This document shows, in pieces, positions 50,801 to 63,600 of a stretch of DNA of 64,000 nucleotides. Both the position numbers and the translations under genes were made by a program. The notes beneath the pieces are model-generated. The model saw only the letters and a program-made list of their open reading frames with translations, was not told the DNA's origin and did not search any database. Source of the stretch: Lingula anatina (Eukaryota; Animalia; Brachiopoda). Each line of letters opens with the position of its first letter. The first letter of the stretch is position 1. The stretch is taken from the NCBI GenBank assembly GCA_051362555.1, contig CM120643.1, positions 29,516,848 to 29,580,847 on the forward strand, written 5' to 3'.

Positions 50801-53800
50801 AGCTTTTAGTAGGCGGGACAGACGCTTAAGCCGGCCAAGCTGACAGTAATCTAGTGAGACTCCCCACAGGGATAGATCGATCTAAAAATCTATGGAAATG
50901 GGGTGTAAAACTCTTCGTGGAATAATTCAGCCGTTGTGCCTACTCATTAGACCAGAGCATTTATTAAATTAAATTTTACTTTCAAAATTACAGGACGAGG
51001 TTCGTGCTCATGCAGATGATTGGAAATCCTTAGGTCTCCATGGTAACCAGTCTGGCGTACTTATAACAGAGGGCGTGCTGAGCAAAGAAAGGCAGGTTGG
51101 AGAACTCGGTACGTGCAACATTCATCCTTTAACCCAAATACCTTTCCTCTCATTTTGATGTATAAGAAATAAATTATGTTGAAAAGTTACGTCCCCTTAA
51201 GACCTAAATCCCGTTGCTACATTAAATATATAAGGAATACAACTTTAAAGAGTCATTTATAGAACATGGATAGCTGTGTTTTAGTCTGTCAATTTTAACT
51301 TATTTCTCTTTCATGTTTATCGTAGGTGAAGGTGCTGCTATAAATGATGAAGTTGTTGACACGTGGTTCTTGCTACTGACTGCCTCCTGTTGGAACGGTA
51401 TAGCCTTTGGTTGTATCGATGTTGCTTGTAAACATGCCACGGAGAAGGACCACGCTGACACCGGACTCCGAGTTTGCGACTATCCCACAATACAGGTACG
51501 ATGACGTCATCTGCACGTGTTTCTGAATTCACGTGCGTTTACTTGAGTTCTATCTTGAGTGATCCTCCGTAGTACGGCGAATGTGGCAGCTTTAAATCGT
51601 ATGCTGGCGCTGTTGATTTTGATATTCTGTCTTTATAGACAACGCGAAATATCATTCCCCATGTTGGTCAGTATGTACGATGTCTTCGACTTCCTGTTGG
51701 GCTAACACTAGCTACTTTTCACATATCTGGAATAAGCAAAGTAACACAAGCAGAGTGCAATATTGATTAAATTGTGCGCTTTAACAAGTAATAAGAAACG
51801 TTAACACGACTGATTAAATTGATCAACAGTTTATATGTAAGGCGAAATAAATAATTGTAATAGATTGTAACAAAGGAATACAAATCAATAGATAAAGAGA
51901 CACCGATTAAATCGTTTTTTTTTTTAAGTATAGAGGCTGTTTTGTGTTCAGTAACTAATTTTGTTATATTTAATTTAATTACAGAACAGGTAACCAGGGG
52001 CGCATCCAGGATGATTTGGAGGGGAGTCTGCGGATGCGAAGCCGCCCCTTATCCCCCTATTCCCTTTTGCGTTGGGTTCGGGACCCTCTGAAGGGCCCCG
52101 AAAATTTCGTGTATTTTAGTGGACGAAGAATGCCATTTGGTGTGGTTTAGAACAATGAACAATCATACTTCTGATTTCAAGAGGGTATCATTGATGTGTT
52201 TTTTTCAGAGATCAAAGGGTGAGGTCAGGCCCCTCTGACCCCCCCCCCCAAAATCCGCCACTGATAATGTATCGTAACACTAATTCCTGACCTGCTAAGT
52301 GTATTCTCAACAACAGTTATGATTTACTCTATTCTAGGACTACTTCGGAGAGTGCATCATAGACACTAATGCCTGCCGAGCCTTTGTTTTCAATGTGGCT
52401 CATGGAATGGATTTGGCAACAAATAATAATGATTGGACCATCCATAGTGATCTCAAGGTCATGCCAAGGTGAGAAGATGAAAGTGTGGCTGCGAAACGTT
52501 CTGAGCAATAACCTGTCCTACTACATGCATTCCAGATATAAACTAGAAAAACTTTGGAAAATTGTTAAAGCATCTCAATGTGGAAAATGTGTAGAATTTT
52601 ATTCCATCTACAGGTATATCAGTCGCTTGATAAGTATTACATCTTGGAAATGGCTAAAAGAGCCTGAAACTGTTAAGGACTATTTTTATTCCCAACTAAA
52701 CGATATAACAATAGAGAACGGTGACTATAATCGTTTCAGAACAGACTTCTTGCACTGGGGCTGGCAGATAAAGTTTGCAGCGGCCAAAAATGTCGCACAT
52801 GTCTCCGATGTAATGCTCCACGCCTGCGGTGGTTCTGGATACAAGACGGAATTGGGTGAGTTTCAGTTCGAAATGAAACTCTGCCAGATTCATGTGTATT
52901 GCCTAGGCACAGTGTATCATTTCATAATGTGGACAGCGTATATATGAATCCATCAAAACGTTGTTGACAAGAATGCAGTCTTTTCGGGATGTTAGGGATG
53001 ATATTATGATACTCCTGTTTGATTTAAAAGACCGGCTGAATAATACGTAATACGAACAAACTAACAACACTTGAACCAACAACCCATTTTTAGTAACACA
53101 CAAAATTAATATCATATAAATTTAACAATATTGCAGGCATTGAGCGTCTTCTCCGAGACGCCAAGGCCGGCTGGGTGATGGGTCCGAGCAATGAGGTCAC
53201 ACGGCAGTGGGTAGGAACCACGGCTCTCATGGGAATGGAGCAGCTGGATTACTGGTAGGTTGAGTTGCGGAGAGCTGGCAAATTCCTCAAATAAAAGCTA
53301 ATGGTCTTAAGTCATATATAGCTATACAAAATACATGTACCATTAAAGATGCATACAAAGTCAATTTTTGTCACAAACACCAACCAAATGCCAGCATATA
53401 ATTTCAAGTAGTATAACTAAGAGAATTACCAAAAGGCATTGTTTAATTTTACCCGAAAATGATGTTTGAACGGATTTTTCTGCTGGCATTCTAAGCTGTA
53501 TGTCAATGGGACAGGAAAGTAGGTCACGAAAGTAGGTTAAAATTACAACCAAAAATTTTAAGAAAGGAGCAGTCTAAAGGTCTTTTATGGCTGATCGAGT
53601 GATCTATTCAGTTTATCCCTTGGCATGTCGAATTTATTTGAGTCATATAAGAATCTAGTAGAAGTGGTTTACATGCGTTACTGCATGGGAATCCACGCTC
53701 TACCGGTGCTCGGTTCGTATGTACCTTTAAAATAAATACTCCATAGGTCTAAATGTCGACATACATAGTTATAATAAATTTGTAGGTCACATAGATCAAA

Positions 53801-55005
53801 CACACGCCTTCTTAATTACGAGTTAAAGAAGCTGAAACCTGAAGTAAAGAAGGAGCTTGCGCACAAAATGTTGAGGGAGTGTGAGCAAGAGCTGGGCCAA
53901 GACAGCGGCACTGCGCCAAACCAAGATACTGACTTCGACGACCCTTTCTCCACATCTGCCGCCCTGCCTCTTGGCGCTTTCAAAGACGCCGCGGGTAAAG
54001 TCCACCTCGCTGCTTTAAACGCCGATACGTTTACCACCCTTAAGCTAACAGAGGTTATCCAAGAAGCAGACAAAGTCCAGAGATTAAAATTCGCTCTGCC
54101 TGACCCAGAAGCCCACTCAGGTTGTCTGCCCGGTCAGTATGTGCAAGCACGTGTCAATGTTGGCGGGAAATTCCACGAGCGATATCTGTCGCCCATGAGT
54201 GCTCCCAGTGCCTTTGGTGTGATGGAGTTCGGGCTGCGCCTGGAGACGCATGGTGCATTCTCCATTGCTGTTAAGAATATGAAAGTCGGTACGTGCACTT
54301 GCCTTACTTTTCTTAAGCATATGGATTGCTGTGCTTAATTTAAACCGTAGGTATGTTTTAATACTGTGGATATACGAAAAAAGTTACGATGATATTCAAA
54401 CTGAGGTTACATTTTTGAAAACGTGTGTTATATTTTATGCCGTGGAAACAACTACCAAAAATTCAATATTCATTTACCTTATTTCAGGAGACACTCTAGA
54501 ATGCCGAGGTCCATGTGGAGGTTTTGAATATTCTGCGGGAAAACTGGATACTTTGACCATGATAGCCACCGGAGTCGGGGCCACGCCTGCCATACAACTT
54601 ATCCGCAGCATCGCCAACGACCCTTCCGACACGACCAAGGTCAAGTTCTTCTACCACGCCAAGACGCCGGAGCAGCTATTATGCCTTGAGGAGCTTACAG
54701 CACTTGGGAAACGCGACAGTCGTTTTGATTTCACCTTCTGCGTTAGCGAGTGCGACGATTCCTGGACAGGGACCGAAGGACTCATCGACGCCAGCACCTT
54801 AAAACCGTTCCTGCCACCCGCCAACGGCAAGACAAACAAAACCATCATCTGCACTGGACCAGCAGTCGTAATCACTACATTGTCCGCCCTTCATGAGCTT
54901 GGATACAAGAGTGACGACATCTACATCTATGGGCCGTTTGGAGTCGAGCTGATACGTGCCGTGTATGGCCAAAAAGCCAAGCTTGCAACGCATTTGCCCT
55001 GCTAG
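47886..55005 (+). CDS. ACAD-fold flavoprotein / cytochrome-b5-reductase-like fusion, copy D (complete, 770 aa)
   Basis: Exons 47886-48035, 49348-49528, 49818-49946, 50224-50405, 50994-51108, 51326-51495, 52338-52468, 52740-52855, 53137-53254, 53786-54288, 54488-55005 = 2313 nt, in frame, same intron positions as B and C. Confidence 0.93.
51995..52263. mobile_element. hAT-like MITE in intron 6 of copy D
   Basis: CAGGGGCGCATCC...ATCCGCCACTG; same family as 44658-44908; absent from the homologous intron of copy A (1-143). Confidence 0.6.
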
Positions 55006-55613
55006 AACTTAATTGTTGCACTGTTGCAAAACCGAGGACCAAAATTTGGCCACCCTTTTAATTTTGTCTAGTATAACCCAGGATAAATTCGCAGTTGTAC
55101 GTGTGTTCTGAGACTAAAATTGGCTAAAACAGTAACTACTTTTAGCAAAAACAATGTTTAATTTAAATGAAGTACTTTCAATTCATCTCTCACCTGTTGT
55201 GAAAGGAGCTCCAGGACTGAACATAACAGTAAACACGAGTGAATGACTGCTGGGGACTTGGACAGTTAGAATTTGAATTTGATCAGAGATGTTGCATAGG
55301 ATCATTTCACTGTGTATGTTAAAGAGAGCAGGTGGCAGAACATATCTCACTCCTCTGCAGCTTGGTTTGAATTCACTGCATTCACTATCTATCTTTATTG
55401 CTGCTTCTTGTTCCCAGTGAAGGTTTTGTAAAAATTCTTAGATTTTTGCCATCCAGGTTCAATTGTGCCAAGTATTAATTGACAGTTAAAATGAATTTGA
55501 CATTCCTGATAGTTTTACAACAGCAGAAGTGGCAGAAAATGGAAGAATGCATTCAGGGAGCAACATCAGAACTGATTCAAGAAACCACAAGAAGAAAAGT
55601 AGAAAAAGGTCCA

Positions 55614-55658
<45 letters not shown>

Positions 55659-56974
55659 ACAGATAAAAACTACGCAATATTAGCTGTTGATTGAAGAAAA
55701 ATCACTACTTTATTCTTGTAACATTACATGGTCTATGAAAGTATCTTACAATAATTTTCAGATCTGTTTGAACTGCACAATAGTTTGGTTTACAACTTGC
55801 TTTATGTATGGCTTCATGCAACGCTTTCCAATGTTAACATTTATTATGAGAACGCATCCATTTGGTACATGTATCTGTAACATGACACATGCAGCCCAGG
55901 GTGACAGGAGTGGCAGTACCAGGTGTGGAATTCCGAGCTTCCATGTGATTAGTGCAGGTTAAGGTTAGTCAGAGTATTGGGGTCAGAATATGGGGCAAAT
56001 GTCACCATTACAAAGTAATGGGGAACGTGCCACGGTTCCAAGCGGACTTCCATTCCTGTCACACCGGCGACTGCCATACTATAATACACTTTACTGCATG
56101 TCACTTATAGCAATTAATTTACAGCATAAAATGTTGTAGTACTCAATTAATAGCAACCGTAGGTTTGGGAAATGGGGTAGCGTAAACAAAGGGAAATAAA
56201 AAAATAATGAATAGCGAACATGTAGTCATTGCCTTTTTTAATTGAAATGTCCAACAGGCCTAATATGATAAACTAATAAATCCACCCCATAAAAAACACT
56301 CGGTTCCACTATATTGTGGTGTTTTAACAGAGATAATGACTTTATTATCATCTAATAATCACATTTGCGACTATGTATTATTGATACGTAAAAAAGGGTG
56401 CGGCTAGGTATTCTATTACACATAAAAATGCAGCAATCACAACATTTGAGGAAATTCACCCTCCTAACGTAATTACTGTTGGTGTTGATACACGTTTTTT
56501 TTAAAATAAGCCTTATTTAGTCTATATAATCATGAAACAAAAGCCATGTATATGGAAACTGGCACTCATGTAGTCACATATACACACGCTCACACATGAA
56601 AACCCACTGTGCCTGCTGACATACGTACCTGTAAACCACACACATACAGACACACGAAATACAGATCTCCAAAGACAAACTGGTATCTCAACAGAATATA
56701 TCATGTACACAAAAAATGAATACATCTGAAGTTTTAACTAATATCACCATGATTTCAACTAGTAAAAAAACAACATTATTTTACAAACCTTTGTATAAAT
56801 CTACTGGGATAGAATTCATGGATTGTTCAACTGTTTATGTGGAGAAAATACAAATTTAAGTATACATTTTTAAAATAAACAATAATTTTTAAAATGACAA
56901 TGGTTGATGAGCACGTTACGACCAAAAATTATCATTTCCATTAACAAATTTTCAATTCTTCACTGGCGAAGAAG

Positions 56975-58844
56975 CTACAGTTTTGTTACATCGTATGTAG
57001 GTCCCAGACTCCTTTCACCAACAGGAAATTTGAAGTCGGCCATATTGTAATCAGGTTCAGGCTCATCCTCCATTACCGGTAAAGCTACATCGTAATCTGG
57101 CTCCGGGTCCGGCCCTGACTCGCTCTCTGAGGACGATTCCTCCACGCGTTGTGGCGCACCAGGATAGTCCGGTACGGGCTCCTCTTGACCCAAGACATCC
57201 GGGTAGTTCTCAGCGTATTGGCTAAACTTCTCTGATATTTGATCATCGTTGTAATCTGGTTCTGGTTCCTCTCTGGCTCCGTCTCCACTTGGGAACCATG
57301 TGGTGTCGTATGTGGCGTTAACTGTATGGGTGCCACTTTGATCAATGACCAAATGCCGCGGTAATTGTTCGTTGCTATCCGACTGCGTACATTTACCGAA
57401 GCGTTTGTGTTTTGGGGAGCTGGTGCCCTTCTGCAAGCCGCCGGTTTTAATACACATGATCAACAACATTGTCACTGAAACGAGCATGTTAACTTTTAAC
57501 TATTATAATATTAATTACATTTTTGTTATATGCAATTTAAAAGATGAATAATAAAGGCCCATTTAAACCAAGTGAAAATTAACTATTCTAAAAAGTTATT
57601 TCTTTTCAAAAATGAAGCTCTTTGATACACTTGTGTAGACTACTACCGATTCATTTGGGGTCAAGATAGATTTACATTTTAGGCTTAAAGTAAAAAGCAG
57701 ATTTCAGTCTTAATTGTAGAAACTTGTATATTTTGTGATACACGTCCCTGCTGTGAATTTGCCTCTCATAATAATAATTATTATTAATAATACACGTGTG
57801 TACGTTTTTTAAAGGAGGTAAAACTTGACAAGTAAAACAAATGGTCAGCTCACCTGAGATTACTACTGCTGAGATCAGGGAAATCAACAACAGCTCCCAC
57901 GTCCAAATATTGCCGTCATACTTGCCTTGTTTGAGGTTAATCACTAAAGAGGGAACAGAAAGCAAATTAGAGCCTGTCCGTTGTACTTTAGTAAGTTAGT
58001 TTTCCTGCCGTCTGTAAGTCACTTATTTAAGCGAATCTGTCCAAATTTGAAAAAAGGGACAAAAGAAGTGTTTATTTTATATGAGATTACTTGTCCAATA
58101 ACCTCCGTGTATTCTAGCTACATTCCCAAGCTTTCGGCTAAAAGCACAAGTATATTAAATAATTAGGTGTAAAAGAAAAATAATGTTTGGTACAAACTAA
58201 ATTTTAATTTCTTTTTTTCTATTTCTTCTAGTGACAGACATATGAACGACTGGTGACGTAAGACTGACAAAAAAAGTACCTGTTTATGACAAAAGATGCG
58301 CACATACACGCATATAAGAGCAATTTGAACTAAAATGAAATTACATTCAACACAGAATGCATATATGGTCTTTGCCATATACCCCCGGTATATGTATTAT
58401 GCCTAAATTACCTGAACATTCCTCTTCTGACTCTGACCCCACGCCCAGGGTCGTTTTGCCGAACTCACAGCGTTCACAGAAAGTATGTCCGTACTTAGGT
58501 TGAAACTGTCCAAATTTACACTTGGCACATGGTGCAACCCCGGTTATGGAAAACGTACCTGGTGCACATTGTTCTGTAAAGGAAATTATTATATTTTTAT
58601 TTTTGAAATGCTAACACATATATTTTAACTAATTTTCAAGCATTTTCATATTACAATGTATGTGTATTTGACTTATAAATGTAATATGTCATCATTATGG
58701 TTGTTATTTTAGAAAAGATGATAGATACATTTCTTAAGCCATTATTCTAAAAATCATTTCGCTACCATTATTTATTATTTATTTCATTTTAGCAGCAGTA
58801 GTAATATTACAGTAGGAGTAGAACTAGGAGCAGCAGCAGCTCAG

Positions 58845-58875
<31 letters not shown>

Positions 58876-60616
58876 CAGAACAATGTAGTAGTAGTAGTAT
58901 TGGTAGTGTTGGAAGTAGTATGTAATCATGTCACCTACCAAGGCAGTCCAATTCTGACTGTAGCCCAGTGGATATTGTGGTGTTGTGTCCAGCACATCGT
59001 TTACATGTCTTCTGTTCTTTTTCGTCTTGATACGTCCCCTTCTCACAAGGCGTACACGTGGGAGACTCCAATCCACTCGGGGACGACGTCCCAGGCGGAC
59101 AGAGTTCTGCAAATGAATAAATCATTGAATAAAAAGGGAAATAGAAATACGGTAGAAAAGTGTTACCCACTGAGTCCGTGATATCCTGGGCATAATGATA
59201 ATAATAATGATGACTAGATGATGAGTAAGAACACGCATTTTGTCACTCCTTTTAAAAGTCACCCCTTGCAATGCATCTGGGTCAACGTGGCTTTCCTTGC
59301 AATAGCGACACCTACATAAATGTTGTACAAAACCCAAACATTAAAAAAGTATTCAGTGTACTCACTAAAGCAGTCGCTGTTCGCAGTGGCCCCCGTTCCA
59401 TTTGTAGACGTGTCCGCCTTACACTGGTTACATGTGGTCATCATGTCCAGGGCCTGGTAACTCCCCTTTGGACACCACTCACACGGCTCAAGGCCAGTTG
59501 GAGAATAGGAACCTGGCGTGCACTTGGCTACAATGAAACAAATTGGGATTTAAAAACAATGAACTGCATACGGCATGCATCATCTTATTCCCACAGAAGA
59601 ACGTTTGTCTACTTTGAAGATACCTGAAGTATAGTAGATCCGGACCTAATAGAACATGCCTCAGAAATGGCATTGGTTTGCAAATTTTTATTAATAAATC
59701 TATTACCTAAAAAGCAGGTTGACCACGCCGCAGTAAAAACAAAACAATGTTTATGTTTACATTAAGATAATATAAATAACAACTGCTGATGCACGTCTCA
59801 CTAAAAATACGATCTCCCATTATGTTCATTAATTTAATAGTTTTTTTTTTTTTCAATCAGTCTCACATATTATTTCTGTAGTATCACTTTTAAATAATGA
59901 CATAACTAAAATAAATGTTATTTTGCGCTAGCCCATACCTATACAGAGCGTGGGTGAGACTGCCCCCTCCGCCAGAGTGTAGTGCGTGTCTTCACACGGT
60001 ACACACGAGGTGGCGGTAGTGTTAGGCATGTACGACCCTCTAGGACAGGGCAGACACGCAGGGTCACTGACACCGGACGCAGAATATGTCCCTGGTGGAC
60101 ACGCGTCTGGAAAAAGGAGCACATGATAAATCAGTGTGTTTGAAATACATGTAAGTGACGGAATATTAAGCCGCAAACTTATGTAAAATTGTAATTATTT
60201 TTCAAGATAACCTTTGAGTTTAATGAAAATATATCAGTAATAATTAATTTCAACAGCAAAAGAAATAGTATTTTCGACAATGCTGAGAATAAATGAATAA
60301 ATGCGCATAGTTCATTTGCTATTGGTGAATTGGTGAATTCCCCAGGTAAGAAATCAAAACTGTGCATGGACCTTCCGTCTGTCATTGTTCCAAGATGGCC
60401 GCTCATGCACTGATTAGTACTAACCTTTACACTGCTCTACTTCTGTTGCACCCTCACTGGCCGTGCTGTTACCAACTGGACATGACAAACAAGATGTCTG
60501 ACCCATGTCCGGCTGGTAAAATCCCTTCGGACACTTCAGACAAGAGCCTGATTTGAAGATGTCCGCCTGGCCTCTGTAAGTGCCTGGGATACACGGAGCT
60601 GAAATGGACGATGACG

Positions 60617-60660
<44 letters not shown>

Positions 60661-63600
60661 TGTACCGATAATACATACGGTCCATTATTTTAGTAACAAT
60701 GTATAAAATACCGATTCCAATTATCTTGATAACACATCCTTATTGACTATATCTGTTGGTTTTAAGGTATGTTTATCAATGAGAGAATTTACAAGAATAC
60801 ATGTAAAATGCATATCCACGTACTAATCAAACCACCATATTCAAGCATCTATATAATTCTTATATACATACTGTGCTGTAATACATATTGGCACTTACCA
60901 CATAAAAAGCCATTTTGCGACAATCCGCTGCCAATGGAACAGAATGGATGAATCAAAGCCGAAGAAATGTTCCCAATGACAACCGGGTTTTCTCCTAAAT
61001 AGACATTGTCTTGGGACGCAAGGTTGGAATTTATATCTTGCAGTGTTGTATTTAAGTTGACCACAGATTCGGCTAGAGCGATTGCAAAATCTGTGTAATC
61101 TATGAATGGGGTGTCTCTCTCCGACATGTTTTGACCAATAATGTACGCTTTCAAATCCTCTGCGTCGTTCGCATATTTCCGCTCACTGGATATTGTGAAC
61201 AAAGACAGGTTAAAAGGTCGGAGTAGTTCGCTGATGATTTGGGTAATATTTTTGTATCTGTCTAAGGAAACGCTGCTGTCGACGCTCGTCGTTGTGGCCG
61301 GTTCAGCCGTACTCATTGCGTCCGCTCCTGTCGTGTTCGTCATCAAGGTAGTAAACGAAATACCCGTGCTGTCCTCCATGGCGACTGTTGTCAAATTATT
61401 AGTGTCGTCATAGGAAAGAAGGATGCGGCCAACAGGTATGGCCATTGCCAAGTATTTGGGGGTAACTTTAAACGACAGTTGTGCAAAGGGAGATGCGGTT
61501 TTTATAGATAAAACAGTTAACTTCGCCGGTTGCGAGAATACCTCGCCATAATCGTTATACGCCCGGCAGAAATAAAAGCCTGTCTGATTGGCCGTAGGCT
61601 GCCGTATCAGCAGCATGCTTGATCCGCTGTCATTAATCAGTTGCTTTGTTCCGTTTGCAGAACGTGCAAAATACCATTCATATCCGGGCTGCGGGGATCC
61701 TATACAAAAATATCGCTTTCAATCACATATAATTTAGATGAGAAGGGGAAATTGTTTTATATAAAAAATACTTATATCAGTCAATCGATAAACAACGACC
61801 AAAATTACAATAATTTAACTAGTGATAACTAGTAAATGAAAACTGGTTGAATATTTATTGAAGGAATAAATGTGTATAAAGAAAAGACGATCAGGAAATA
61901 GAAAAATTGAATGTCGAAAAAGGGAACAAAAGAGGATACAGACATTGAATGAAAAAGAAAGAAAAAAAGGAAAGAAAGAAAAAACGGACAGTAGTTCTCA
62001 ACGTTTACCTGATGCATTACAAGTGAAAGCAGTACTCCTAGGGTTCATGTACGTGGTCGCTGTAGACTCTGGGTGGGAGACCACAGTGGGGGACCACACG
62101 ACTTGAATCCTCATCGGAAATGACGTCACCACTCCAAAATGGTTCGTACCGACGCACTCATAGGAATCGCCATCAGTTACATTTTCTTTGGTAATTCCCA
62201 GATCTGACCCAGAAACTGAAGCCAAGTGAAGACCGTTTTTCTTCCAGGTGATTACTGGCGTTGGGGTCCCTGTGACGTCACAGGTGAGGCGAGTGGGGTC
62301 TCCTTGTCTGACAAATTCTGTAAAATTTGACTGCGATGAAATAGTTGGAGTTTCTCCACAAATAGCGTGTTCATTCCGTAGAGTGACAAGAAGAGAGAAA
62401 AAATCCGATAGTTGGGTTGCAAACAAAGTTTGCGTATCCCTGGTAAAGTTCTTTGAGTCAAAAATGACAAGAGACATTTCGAAAGACTGTCGAATTTCTT
62501 GTACACGAGATAACATCTGCTTTGCCTGAACGTATTTAGATGTTAGTAAAATGTCGGACAACATCTGGAGCTCAGTCAAAATACAGTCAGAGAATGAATA
62601 ACAGTTGAATGTCTCCGAAAGTGAGTCGGGCAGAGAAAAGTTCTGCATAGCATAGTACCAAAGTTCTATATTGTTACTGTTATTGCTGTTCGCACCTGCG
62701 TCAGTTAATTCTTGGTCAAGCAGAGATATGACGTTCTTCATAGCTGCCGTTTCATTATTTTCACTCTGTGAAAATAAATTAATTAGATCTTGCTCTGTCA
62801 AGTTAAGAAGACGAATTCCTGTAGTATTAAGATCTACGGAATAAGTTTTCTGGGAAAGCTCTTTCAGGTGGCTGACGGATGACGTCATATTATCATCAGT
62901 GGTCTGGTTTCGTGGTCTGAGGGTCTTATCCAGTTGTATGGACGCGTTTAGATAGTTAAGGATTGCCGTGAAGACTTTACAGCTGTTTTCAACGTGGATG
63001 ACGTCACTGGTTGAATTTTGGTCACTAACCTGCCGCCGGAGTCTCCGGGAAGGCATTGCAGATCGTTTGCTCCGCGTAGCAGCCTCGATGTCGCCATAAA
63101 TTTGTCGCGAAATTAGGAGAACTGCGTTCACCATCGATTGCTGTAGGTTGTCATTATCTAGGAATGTGACATACTCCTTTTTCCCCAGGCTGAATTCGTC
63201 CACTCCAATCGTCACTGGAATTACCGTAACCTTATCCTCGGGTAGCGACATATTTATTTGTACATACTCGACACTTAAAGGTTTTGTATGGTCAACTAAT
63301 TTCTTTTGCAAGAGTAAGGCGTCGCGTAGTTGGGCAACAAGCTGCTCTTTACTTCGTTCAGCTTGTTTTAAATAGCTATGTTTTGTGTCATTGAGAATAA
63401 GTGCCGACTGGTATTTTCTTTCAGCCGAGTCGTGCCTGACTTGTTGTCCTTCTTTCTCGAGGCGAGCAACATTGGCTGAAATCCTCAGCTTTTGAAGTTT
63501 GTCCAGAATTTCAAACGACTCATTCCTGCTCTTTCCCAGTGCAGCGTAAGCCGATCGTATAATTTTGTTGCACTCGCTGTTTCTGGCGACACACACGGGG

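Noticed and set aside
19129-55005. Bacterial contamination as the source of the ACAD-like genes
   Set aside because: Ten conserved GT-AG introns per gene, with interspersed animal genes and eukaryotic transposons.
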